Positions 47,867-59,700 of a DNA stretch of 64,000 nt are shown here, piece by piece. Within the stretch, counting starts at the first letter, position 1, and the number at the start of each line of letters is the position of its first letter. The notes under the pieces are model-generated. The model saw only the letters and a program-made list of their open reading frames with translations, made no database searches and was not told the origin of the DNA. The stretch is from Convolutriloba macropyga (lineage: Eukaryota), in contig NC_134468.1 of the NCBI RefSeq assembly GCF_964194025.1, forward strand, positions 20,336,001 through 20,400,000. The letters run 5' to 3'. The position numbers and the translations under genes were made by a program.

Positions 47867-48230
47867 CCCGGGTTGACCCCATAACTCAAAAAATTATAAA
47901 ATTACAACTTCATATTATGGCGTTTATGAAAAGTTGTATTCATAGAACTTTTATAAAATGAAAGTTGTAAGATTTAACAAATGTTAACAGAAATCAGGAA
48001 AAAAGCTAAAACAAAGCGCAAATAAAGTGTTTCAAAAAACTTAGTTAGCAAAAAATCGGAAACTATTACTTTTGAGTGATACCCTATTCATCAAAAAGTT
48101 GTAGTCATAGAACTTTCATTTATGGCAAAGTTGTAGTTTTACCACTCTTTTAAATTTTTTCTTGATTTATGAAGTAAATGGTCCATAATATGAAAGTTCT
48201 ATGACCAATAAAACTTTTGTCAACCCTGGG
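47867..48230. mobile_element. CMC/EnSpm-like MITE H (AAAGTTGTA / ATAGAACTTT arrays)
   Basis: Ends cccgggttgac / gtcaaccctggg; TSD imperfect (aa/at). Confidence 0.6.
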
Positions 48231-48305
48231 ATGGCATAAAGTTCCTAGCCCCTATTTTAGGAACGGTCGGAACATTGGTTTGGAGTTTCTTAGCAAAAAT
48301 ATTGT

Positions 48306-49277
48306 TTATATAGTACTGTCCGTGAATTCATTTTTTGTTTCATTCATACTCGTTTCAATGGTAACTTCAGTTGTCTCTAAATTTGGCTTGCTTTCACTAA
48401 TTTGTTTGTCAATCTTCAAACTCTGCCTGGAGTAGCCCATTCCGGGTTCCAGCAGCGATCTAGAAGTCGATGGATTAATTGGTCGAGAAGTGTTGAGTCT
48501 AGTTGTACTGCCAGATTGCGGGTTGGCTCTAACGTCGGCTGCTGATGCTTGAAGCCTCCTCTGGGCGGCGTATGAAGAGAATTCAAGTCCAAAATTGTTG
48601 GCACGGGGGTTTTCATTCAAAAAATGTAAACTTTTAGCTGAAATGAAAATCCTGATCATCAACGTTTGTCAACAAAAGGTCATACACATGCTGCAATTGT
48701 TACTGTTATTGTTGCAGAAACTCTTTTAATGAAATCGCGTCGTTTTTGCTTCAGATGTAGAATTTTTAATAAACTTTTAGCAAGTCAGAAAATAATTACC
48801 TGGTTTAAGGCATTTTTGAATGTAGATAGCAATGGCAATGATGGATATGGTCAGAATGACTACTAAAGTCCCCATTACCCCAACTAGAATCCTGAAGAAG
48901 AAAAAATGATAGTTACAAATCGGGTTAGAACACTAAATTTCAGCCATTTTTTTAACGATGCATTCTGAAAGTAAGAAATTTTCGGAAAACAACTTCCATT
49001 CCTTCCACTGAAAACCATTAAAAACTTATTTTTTAAATTCGTTAATCCAATATAGCCGATTTTGGTCTTTCCCATTATAGCCCCTCATAAAATTATAGCC
49101 CCCCCCCCCCCCCAATATGGTATCTTTACCATGATGGGTGCTATAGAGGTTTTGCAGATCCATAATTTTAATCCTTACCAAAAGTGTTGATCTATGAAGT
49201 CGGAGATGAATTGAAAAGATGAATGAGACATGTGACAGCACTGTGAGTCATTGCAACAGATCTCTCCCCCAAAACAC
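48306..49277 (-). CDS. Shisa-like (TMEM92/VOPP1/WBP1-type) single-pass membrane protein; exons 49277..49179, 48891..48800, 48637..48306; 5' partial
   Basis: Phase-consistent GT-AG joins give CFGGEICCNDSQCC...QHFW-ILVGVMGTLVVILTISIIAIAIYI-QKC-LKPAKSLHF...DSTI*: C-CC-CC ectodomain, one TM, juxtamembrane Cys, low-complexity tail. Confidence 0.72.
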
Positions 49278-49421
49278 CTACAATCAACAATCAACTAATC
49301 AAAATCTATACTTACCGGAGTCATAACTCAACTGTCTGCCATATATTCTTCCAGATTTTCCAATTTATTTTGTAGATTCAGAACCTTACTTCATCCAGTA
49401 ATTATAACCGTAGAAAAACAC

Positions 49422-50174
49422 CGCATTACGACGCAGAGGTATACCCAAATCGTCACATGCAGATATGCCCGATGCGTGTATCTCGTGTTTGTTTTTACTA
49501 TGTTAATACATTGAAAATGGAACAATATTGCGGAAAATAGCTACTTTAGCAGAAACCGGCAAAATGGAAGGGAAATTAGCAACCCGTGTTCGCAAAAGTG
49601 TCCTAATCCTAGCTGCGAAATACAAGTAAACTTTATAACCTATTTTTCGCACGGCTTGTATCACGCATCTGCTCCATTTATGTATCAATTTTTCGCACGC
49701 AATGTAGCTCAATTTCGCATATAATCCGCAATTAAGCCTAACTTAATTACTACTTATTTAATTAAGCCTAACTTAGGGGTTTAATTAAGCCTAAGTACTA
49801 TTTATTACAATTTATTTAAATCGGCCAGTCCCACATTGGTATACAAAGCTTTTGATGTGCGAGGGATTTTTCGGAAAAAATCAGTTTTTGTGGTTGCATG
49901 TATTTAAAGCACTTTAAAGCTTTCAATTCAATCTTTATTAAAGTGCTTATTGCATGCTCAAAATGCGTCCGAATAATAGATACCAAAATTGAGCGGAAAC
50001 GTGCTACAAGACTTGTAACCTACTTTTCGTTCCAAATGTTCTTTTAGCGAAACCCCTTTTGCGACAAGTAAGATACAAAGGATGTCTCCTAATTTCGTTC
50101 ATTGTATGTATCTAATTTTCGAGCCAATTTTACTAAGGCGGAAATTTTGTGGTAAACCTCTGCGTCGTAATGCG
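49422..50174. mobile_element. Non-autonomous TIR DNA transposon, superfamily unassigned
   Basis: 24-bp TIR cgcattacgacgcagaggt(a/t)tacc with 1 mismatch; no clear TSD. Confidence 0.7.
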
Positions 50175-51036
50175 CAGAACTATACCACAATCAAATTTCA
50201 CTGAGCGTGCAATTAAATTCTGTCTCGCTTGTTGATGCATGAAATAGTCTCAAAGAATTTTACAGTTGAGTTACATTCAGAAGCTAAGATATTTTGAAGG
50301 GAGAATGTTAATTACATTCCACAAAAAAAAACAAATTAAAATTTCGGAAACTAGGTTACAAGTATTATAGCCTATTTTCCAGTTTTTAACGCAATTTCAA
50401 TCCACCATTTGCAAAAACTTAATAACGCAAAACGCGTTGTTTTAAAAACAGAAACTAATTCATCATTTAAATTCAAATTTTGTAATCATTTAATTTCAAA
50501 ATTGATTAATTAAGTACTGAAATGCCACCAATTTCACACGCTGTTTTGCTGCTTTACTCCGATATCAATTAAGCGCAATTTAGTGCAAAAGTAACGGATC
50601 TTAGTTAAACACTTTGTGGATTTTAAATGGCTAACTTATCCGGAAAAGTTTTGACAATTTTCTTATTGCTTTGCAATTTTGAATGTAGCTGATTTCCACT
50701 GAATGGGAAATAACCAATTTTTCGAATACAAGACTACAAAGGATGCAGCCTTTTTTTAAAAAAAACATAACGTAATCAAAATCCACAGGGGGCAAAATCG
50801 GCCAATATTATTAGGTATACCTCTGGGGTGTTATGAGGTAGTGAAATTTGATTACTTCTCTGTTTATTCCTTTAATAAATTTCGTTAGATTTAATTAGAA
50901 TTTTAAAAGTTTATTCCCAAATTTTCATAACTTTAAATTGGTTTCAAGACACTCCTATTTCCTATTACCAATGAAAACAAGCGTGCAAGTAGGTTGGTTC
51001 TTGGGTTTTTTAAAATTATGATGACCAAATTTACCC

Positions 51037-53134
51037 AATAAAGAGGCTCGCTAATGTGCGTATGCACATGATGTTCCGACCCCGCTCAACCACATTTTTG
51101 ACTTAATTGCCTACCGAATGATGAAAACAATAACTTTTTAAAGTTCATTTTTTGTTCAAAGAAAATAATAATATTTAAAAAAGGTTTAAAACTCAAACCA
51201 CTAAGTGAGTTTAATAATGCCACATTAGATACACTGAGATCTGCCATTAAAAAGGCTGCGAAACAAGACAAAGAGCATAATCAAATATAAACGACAAGTA
51301 TTAATTACAACCAAAATTGGATGTCTATTTGAAAAAAAAACACTAAATATTATTCACTCAAGTCCAAAAAGCATCAGATCAGGTAAAAACTAACCAAAAA
51401 ACTTGTACTTCATTAGAAAAGATGGATCTATTCCGTTTGTGCCCCCCCAGCTTAGTGGGTGCATATTATTTGCAACCCCCAGACGCACGTGCAATATTTT
51501 TACATAATGATTTACTATGTAATGACACGTGCTCTGTCACTGGGGGGAGCATAACGTACTGGGGGGGCACAAACGGAAAAGATCCGAAAAGATATATGAC
51601 ACGTGCTTAATTAATACTAGGTAGCGATTAGAAAAAAGAATTAAAACGGATCAATTTAAAAAAAAGCGTGTTTTTTTGAAACAACTATTTTCAAAGCATT
51701 AACACGACTAGTTAACAAGTTAAAACATTAATCAGATTTATTTATTGGCAAATAGGGAGCCACTGAGACATGTTAATACCTCCAAAATATACAATAGGAC
51801 AGCAAAAAAACATAATGTTGCAAGAAAACGTTGTCCAAGCCGTCAAAACTAAAATCCATTCACTTATGCATTAGATGCGCCTGTTTTTAACACAAATAAT
51901 GTGATATGTGAACCTTCATCAATGAGAATTAAATCCAAGGGGACAAAAAATAACAACAAAGCTAGAAAAAACTATTATGTTTTTGCAGTTATTCGGAACA
52001 ATAAAAACCACCAAAAGCTATTAACTGAAGTCCGAATAGAGCTTCATCTATGCCTTCATAGGCAGTCACTGCGACGATTCCTCATCCAGAATATGCCATA
52101 CGACTACATAAGGACAAAAATAAAGAACAAAACTATTTAAAGTTTGCGAGAAAGCTTTTAAAATCATAATCTTTTCAATAAAAATATTAAAATGATCAAG
52201 TGCAGCTGCATACATTCAATAGGTTGATTTGTGGTTAATTTATGAGATTAGGCATAATAGAGAAAAAACAGATCGAAAAGCAAAGATATAAAATACGATT
52301 AAATTTTTTGAGAACAAATTATTTCAAAAACATGAAAATCATTAGCTGTCCACTGAGATATTTAAAAAAAATATATTTCAAATGTCCAGAAAACAACACA
52401 AATTGTTTTAAAACTTGTATTGTCAAAGCCAAAAAACGTTAAAAGAAACATAATACTGCAAATATGATTAATTTTTGTTTTACTAGAAAACATGCTCCCG
52501 GTCTTTGCTGAGTCTACGCTAAAAGTGTAAAAGTTCAAAACTTCTTCTTTGTTTTTGGTAAAACAGCCAAAACTATTTTTTCAGAATACTCTCACAGGAG
52601 GCTAGCCTAAAAATAGTTTTATTGCAAGTTTCCACAGATTCACAGATTGTGACAGCCTTTTTGTCTGTATTTGCGGAAAATTTATGCAAAGTGGTCGAAA
52701 GATGCAAATTTGGTACCATTTTTGAAGAAAAAAGGGAGGAATTTAAAAAAAAACTAAGCCAAAGTTTTATCCAAAAACTTGGATCAGACAGTTCAGCAAT
52801 AGTTCTACAACTTTAAAGCTAAAACGAACTGTTTTTAACATTTTAACATAATTCAAGCAAAATTGACGGAAATTTTTAGCAAAAATACAGAAAATATGAA
52901 TAAAAACAGTCAATTAGTCAAGGAAATCAGTCAAATGTTTACAAAATTTTAAGCCTCGAATAAAAAATGAAAATCAAAAAACTTTTTTAAATTTTGTATT
53001 CTACGATGAACGGGTTTTTCAATGACACCATGACGACCATGTACGACGGATTTATCGACCGGCCAAAATTGATTGAACAAAAAAAACCCATTTGAGTACA
53101 TAGTTCCTCCCCCCACTAAAGTGGGTCGTAACAA
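51037..53134 (-). mobile_element. Second HINE copy (reverse orientation)
   Basis: Hairpin atgtgcgtatgcacat (51054-51069) plus subTIR tgttccgaccc (51072); other end gtgggtcgtaacaa with the same 5' flank sequence as the 17590 copy. Confidence 0.68.
51424..51585. mobile_element. Merlin-like MITE, 162 bp, nested in HINE
   Basis: TIR ggatct(a/t)ttccgtttgtgcccccccag; 8-bp TSD GAAAAGAT. Confidence 0.88.
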
Positions 53135-54509
53135 AAAGTACCAACTTTAACAGAAGAATTGAATTCTGTACTCAAAGTCATTATTGCTGATTAATATAGG
53201 AACTATGTCCTTCGTAGTTATTTTAATTAGTAAATTAACGTTCGCCAAGTTGAATTGCACAAACATTAGAAAGGTTAGAAAAATTCTATTACATTTTTAA
53301 ACATATTTCAATTTACCAGGCGGTCATCATTATAGAACTCAAATGAAAGCTTTAACTTGGGAAATACGCAATTAACAAGACAATGAATGGCGGAGTGATT
53401 CACGACGCTACTGATCAATTGGTATAGGAATGTTGAAAAAAGTCGAGAAAATTATAATGTGAGGCTCCTTACGGATAGTTAGTCTTATTAACATTGTTCC
53501 AACAGATTGATGTCTCAGCTGACATACTTTCGTTAATTCCTGCATCACGTGTCATCGTCTGAAACAACATATTTCAACTACGTAGTGGTGTCTAAATGAG
53601 CATTGTGAAAACTAAAATATGTAACAAATTTTGTGAAAATATACTAAAGTAAAAAAAAATTATGATTATTATATGAATCCTAATTTTGTTTTCACTTGAT
53701 AGCTAATCATACATAATGCAAGGACGCTATTTGATTTCCAAAAAAGTTGGAATATTTTAGAGTTTTGACTATGATTGGTTTTTTTCTACTGTCTTGTTAG
53801 TCAGGATGATTAGCGACAAGTACAATAGTGTTTTTAAGGAAGCCGAAGTGAAAATTCCTACTATGTCCATTTGAGAGCTAACAGTTTCTAAATCGTATTC
53901 AAGAACATTAAATTTGTTGAAAAAATTGCAGCTCAATATTGTTCTTTTTTTGCTGAAAATCTTTTTTGCGAAGTCTTAGCTGCCTCTTATTCAAACAATT
54001 TTTTGGTGATCTACTAGCAGTTCTCGTTTTTGTTGACTTGCCCTTTAGTCTCAGAAAGGACAGGTATGGTCAGCCTTGAGGTGGACTTCATTAAATTAAT
54101 TTGTGATTAAAAAGTGCAGCTAAATTTTTAAAAAAAAAATTTTGATTTTTGTTTGATGTTATTCTTTTGCATTTGTGTTAGTTCTCTTATTTTCCTGCTT
54201 AGCAAACAATCAGTTAAAGTATTTTTTGTTAAAAATAAAATTTGGTTAGAAGTGGTTGAAAACTTCCACATATCGGGTTTGTTCAAATTTGACGCCATTA
54301 AAGTTAACTTTTAGCAAACTTTTTTTGAATTGTCATTTCGTTACAAGTTCTGTTTCCCGAAAAACGCAATTTTTAGATTTCTTATAACGCTAAATGTTGC
54401 TTTAAAATATTCTCAGCAATTTTTTTGTTGATGAGTTCCATTCGCAAACACGACTTTCCTCACTGGTGACTAACTTTTCACCTCCGCTTATCTCTTCATT
54501 TTTTATCTG

Positions 54510-54980
54510 GCTCTGCATTCCCCCCCAGAAAGCTGGATCTATTCAGCCCCCCCTCCCCCCTGAAAGCTGGGTCTATTCAGCCCCCCCCCTCAGAAAACTG
54601 GGTCTATTCAGCTCCCCCCCCCCCCCCCAGAAAACTGGATCTATTCAGTGAAAAGATGTGTAGTCTGATCAGCTCATCCAGACTACATCACCCTTATCAT
54701 TAGTTGTTTTTGTACTGAACAATCAAAAAATGCTTCTGTAAGCTGATAATTTGATCAACAAACAGAAGGATTAAAACACACTAAAGTTATCAGATTAAAG
54801 TTCCAGCTGGCTATACTAGTTATACCACCCCCCAGCACTGTTATACTAGTTATACGACCCACCCCCCCCCCCCCCCACCCACGATAAACTCAGCACTGTT
54901 ATACTAGTTATAACCACCACTGTTATACTAGTTATACCACCCCCCCCCCCCCCACCCAACAACCCGCAGTTATACCCCCC
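54510..54980. repeat. C-rich minisatellites
   Basis: 4x (c)n-(a/t)gaaa(g/a)ctgg(a/g)tctattcag (54519-54648), then gttatactagttata-poly(C) units (54810-54980). Confidence 0.75.
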
Positions 54981-55369
54981 ATCCACCAATCCCCCACTCG
55001 CTTGGAGAAGTTCCTTTAGTAGTGACACGTGAAAAATACATATTCAGCCAAGTCCTTCCCATCATTGTACATTCCAGTGGCATATCCCATTGTGACCCCT
55101 ATCAAGGCCAGTTGAACATTGACGCACCATATTGACTTTGGTTATAGCTGCTTCTCCCTAGGCTTCTCTCCCCCCCCCCCCCCTCCATCTGTTCTAGAAA
55201 CCAACCCCCCCCCCCCTTAAACAACTAATTTTGATGGCGAAATCTCCCGGGAGATGGTCTTTTTGTGACACGTTACTGGAAATAACAACCAAAAGTAGAT
55301 TTAGGGGCACGTAACTCCATTTTATTGAGAAAATTAAAAAACATGTGAGATTTTCGAAAATTTCATTTT

Positions 55370-55530
55370 CATGGATTTTCTATGATCAATCGATGGGAAT
55401 ATTGGTTTTCTATGATCCATCGATGGAAACTTAGGTTTTATGAAATTTCACTGACTCATCGATGGATTTAGAAGTTGCTATGAAATAACAATGATCCATC
55501 GATGAGATACACTGGGACTCCAACCCGGGG
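55370..55530. repeat. ATCCATCGATGG array ending caacccggg; probable right arm of another CMC-like MITE
   Basis: Four atcgatg palindromic units followed by a GGG terminus; left TIR not confirmed. Confidence 0.4.
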
Positions 55531-56585
55531 GAGCTCAGAGGAGATTTCATTGACTTCTGCACTAACTTGTATATTTAAAATGAGAGTTTGAAATCTAATG
55601 GAAATTAAGTAAAAGGCGTGCAAACCTGCTAAATTAGAAACTGTTATTTTAAAGACATTACTGTTTAGTATTTAGTTTGAAATATGGAAATAAGTTGATT
55701 TTGAGATCTTCGTTTTTGTTGTTTGGTAAAAATAATAGTTTTTGTAGATAAATTCAGATATACAGATGTTTGTCGATGTATTTTACGCTAAAATAATCAA
55801 AATGCTGTTTTCTGCCTCTGGCGGTGTTTTCTTTAGTGTTTTTTTGTTGCCTATACCAATTCTCTGCACTTTTGCTAGCTAATGAGCGCCGGCCCTGTAC
55901 ATTGGAAAAATTCAAATAAAGAGGCACAAACCTCTATACTAGATTTCTAATAAAAGTTTTCGAGATCAAAATCAGATCTCGAAAAAGTATAACGCATGCT
56001 ATCATGAACAAACCTTGCCGAGGGAAATTCTGCAGTAAATGGGTATGATCAAAGGATTGGAAACGCCAAAACAAAAAATAAGCATACAGCGAACAAAAGA
56101 CGTGACTGTGAGGCTTTTTACGAGTAAAAAAATAGTAAGCAAAAGTAGTAGTGGTAATAAATGGACTTACTTTTTAACAGCGCGCGTAACACATTAGCAA
56201 AGCTGATCAAAAACTGGTATAAAATAAAGAACGCTACAATTAAATTATGACAACATGATTGTCTGACAGATGAAACTGAAGTAAACAACGTGTAAGTCCA
56301 TCAGCTGGCTAAAAACACAAAACACAACAGAAATTCACGCTGCTTGAGTACCACTTAGTCAAAACAATTTATATAGTTATTCAATTAGAAAAGTATATAC
56401 CTTTCACAACAACTTCGTAAATGCTAGTTAAAAAGACCATACATATCAAATTCAAACATTTTGACCTGTTAATAAGAGCCAGGACCAGGCCTGATACAAG
56501 CCAGGACTAAGGTGGACACATGATAGGCTTTGGATCTTTCCTATCAAAACTAAGGAAACACTTCAACTAAGGAAATTCAGTTTTC

Positions 56586-56747
56586 GGATCTTTTCCGTTT
56601 GTGCCCCCCCAGCTTAGTGGGTGCATATTATTTGCAACCCCCAGACGCACGTGCAATATTTTTACATAATGATTTACTATGTAATGACACGTGCTCTGTC
56701 ACTGGGGGGAGCATAACGTACTGGGGGGGCACAAACGGAAAAGATAC
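56586..56747. mobile_element. Merlin-like MITE, second copy
   Basis: Near-identical to 51424-51585; 8-bp TSD CAGTTTTC. Confidence 0.88.
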
Positions 56748-56781
56748 CAGTTTTCAATAATTAAAAAGTTCCAAAATTTTC

Positions 56782-59700
56782 TGCGGTTAAAAAGTTAAAG
56801 AATTCAGGATATTAGTTAAGGAACACATAAAGAGGAGAAATAAAACAAACGTAGCCTCAGACACGAAAGACGAGTCTACTCTATGTGTAGAGAACACGTT
56901 TCTAGTAATGTAAATTCAGTAAGATAATGTTAAGTTCTGTCTCTTTTATCGGAGAGTTACTGTTTTACACGTGTTATTTGGACGAAGTCAAGTTCTCACT
57001 TTTTTGGCGGGAAGAGTTTCAAATTTTGTAATATTGGCTTTGGCCTTCTTGAATTGATGCATCATCAACAGGCTCCGGGGAGAGGAAACCCATAAATTAA
57101 ACCAAAGAAGGGGAGAATGATGTAACCAAGAGACCAGATGGTAGCTCGCGTTGCCTAGATTTCCGTTCCGAAAAAGTGAGCAAAAAAACGGCTAATCAGC
57201 CAAAACACGTGCAAGACCGGCAACGGGGCGGACGTACTTACCGTAAGCCGTTTTTACCTTGACAACGCGTACAGATCCATCTTTTCCTGGCGACGTTTCG
57301 ACTATTCGTACCAGAGGCCATATCCCACGGGGAGTGAGGTCTTTGAGGATCCACACCAGGTCATTGACTTTCAATGAATCACCCTGTTTGGACCATTTGC
57401 TTCGCTTCGTTAAAGTGGGAAGGTACTCTTTAACTAGGCGTCTCCAGACGTGGTTCATAAGCTGCTGCACGTTCTTCCACGACTTGAAGGATGCTGGCAT
57501 GGTTGACGAAAAGTCTCCTGGCGGCAGTGAATTGTAAGGTCTCTGCACCAGAAAATGATTTGGGGTGATGGGTTCTTCATTGTCTGGTACGTCAGCCACA
57601 TGTGTAAGTGGTCGAGAGTTCAGCATGCTTTCGGTCTCAACCATGATGGCGTGGAAGACATCTGATGTAAGCCTCTTGCTCCCTAGAATGATCAAAACGA
57701 TCCGTTTAGCATTTTGGATAAACCGTTCCCACGCACCACCAAAATGTGGTACGTATGGTGGGTTAAATTTCCAAACTGTGTTCTTTATAAGAAGTTCAGA
57801 GGCAATGCATTGATTGTCGAGACTACGGACGCGTCGCTTCAACTCTTCGTTTGCCCCGACAAATGTTCTGCCGTTGTCACTCAGAATAAGTTTTGGTTGA
57901 CATCTTCGTGATGCAAAACGTCGGAGGGCGTTGAGAAAATTGTCCGTGTTTAAATCAGCGCATGACTCAAATTGTGCGGCACGTGTGACCATGCATGTGA
58001 AAATGAGGCCGTAGTACTTGGTGAGTTTGTCTTTGGTGTCTTCGATATAGAAAGGTCCGAACAAATCAATTCCTGTTTTAGCAAATGGGAATTGCGAGAG
58101 TATCAGGAAACCTGCACACTGGTAGTGGCGCCATTAACGGCTGGATATTTAGGGCATCAAAACGGCGGCAAAAAAACATCGAAATTGGATGCTTAACAAT
58201 GTTTTACTGAGGCCGATAACGACGTATCTCTGTTGAACAAAAGCTTTGACGGCCTCGGTACCTTGGTGTATACATATTCGATGCGCATGCTCAAGATACA
58301 GGCGTGTTATTGAGTCTTTGGCATGAAGAACTATTGGTAATTTAGCTAATTGTAACTCTTCAGGAGCAAATTGTTGTCGGCCTTGTGATCTAAGTATTCC
58401 GTTTTTGTCTAAGTACGGATTTAAGGATCGAATCTTACATTTAGAGTCTAGTTTACGTCCTCTTCTTAGCGAGTGAATAGCTGAATGGAAAACTTTTTCC
58501 TTTGAATTTCGAATTAAAAGACTTTGTGCTGGGTTGATGTCGTCTGCAGTGTACTGCTCTTTGTTATTTCGTTCTTTTTTAATTCTGAAGAATAGGTTGT
58601 AAATAGTTGCGAGTGTTAACAGCAGTTTTGTCCAAGATCGAAAACGGGTTGGGTCAATGACTGGTTCATTCGGTTTTGATGTACTCGTTGTGTGAACAGA
58701 AACTATTTTGCGTGCCGAGTTCCAGTCGGAGTAATGTTTCTTTAGGAAATCAGGAGCCTGTAACCATTTAGAACATAATTCTTCTGGTTCTAGGCAACGT
58801 GTTCCATGGTCTGCAGGATTTTGATTTGTTGGTACACAAAGCCATTGATTGGATTTTGGAGATTCGTGAATTTCTCGGATTCTGTTGGCGACAAACAGTT
58901 TCTGTTTCTTCTTAGAAACAATCCAATCAAGAACAACTCGACTGTCTGTCCAAAAATGTGTATCGTGTATCTTCAGTAATGTCTCTTTTTGAACAGTTTT
59001 CAGTAGTCGTATCCCTATTTTTGGGGCCTCAAGCTCAAGTTTTGGAACGCTCAACGATTTTAAAGGAGTTACTTTGCATTTACTGATTATGAAGCTGGTT
59101 TCTGTTTGTTTGTTGTTATCGTCATAACTTCGTAGATAAATTATCGCTGCCATAGCACAAGTAGACGCATCAACAAAGACGTTCAATTAATGTTCAATTT
59201 CCTGTGAAATTGCAAGAAAACTGAGTGCTCGCAAGTGTTCAATGGGGGGTGATCCAAAATAGCTGTTTAGTATTTTTTGCAATGGTTTATGTAATTTCTC
59301 GGGTAGCGGTGTGTCCCATTTTAAACCCAGTTGCCAAATTTTTTGCATAACAATCTTGAAGCGTATAGTCACTGGTGACGCAATACCGATTGGGTCAAAA
59401 ATCGACGCAACAAGACTCAACAGTTTTCTGGTTATACATTGCTGCATTCTTTGGAAACTCTTCCAATGGTTTTATGAAAAACTTATCATCAACGAAATTC
59501 CATTTTTGTCCTAATACGCGAGTGAAATCTTTTGACTCGTCTAAGTCTTCACATGGAATTTGTTCCAGCACTTCGGGACAATTAGAAAAGAACTTGGTCA
59601 ATTTGAAACCTCCTCGTTGGAGGCATTCTTTGACTTGCATTACAGTGTCTTTCGCTTCAGTAGCCGTCCATGTAAAACTGTTTCGTTATTGCTGCAAAAG

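Noticed and set aside
49278-49330. 38-nt GTAAGT...TAG intron and an upstream in-frame TGA read as selenocysteine
   Set aside because: Splicing gives no ATG-initiated frame into the Cys-rich exon, and no SECIS evidence was seen.
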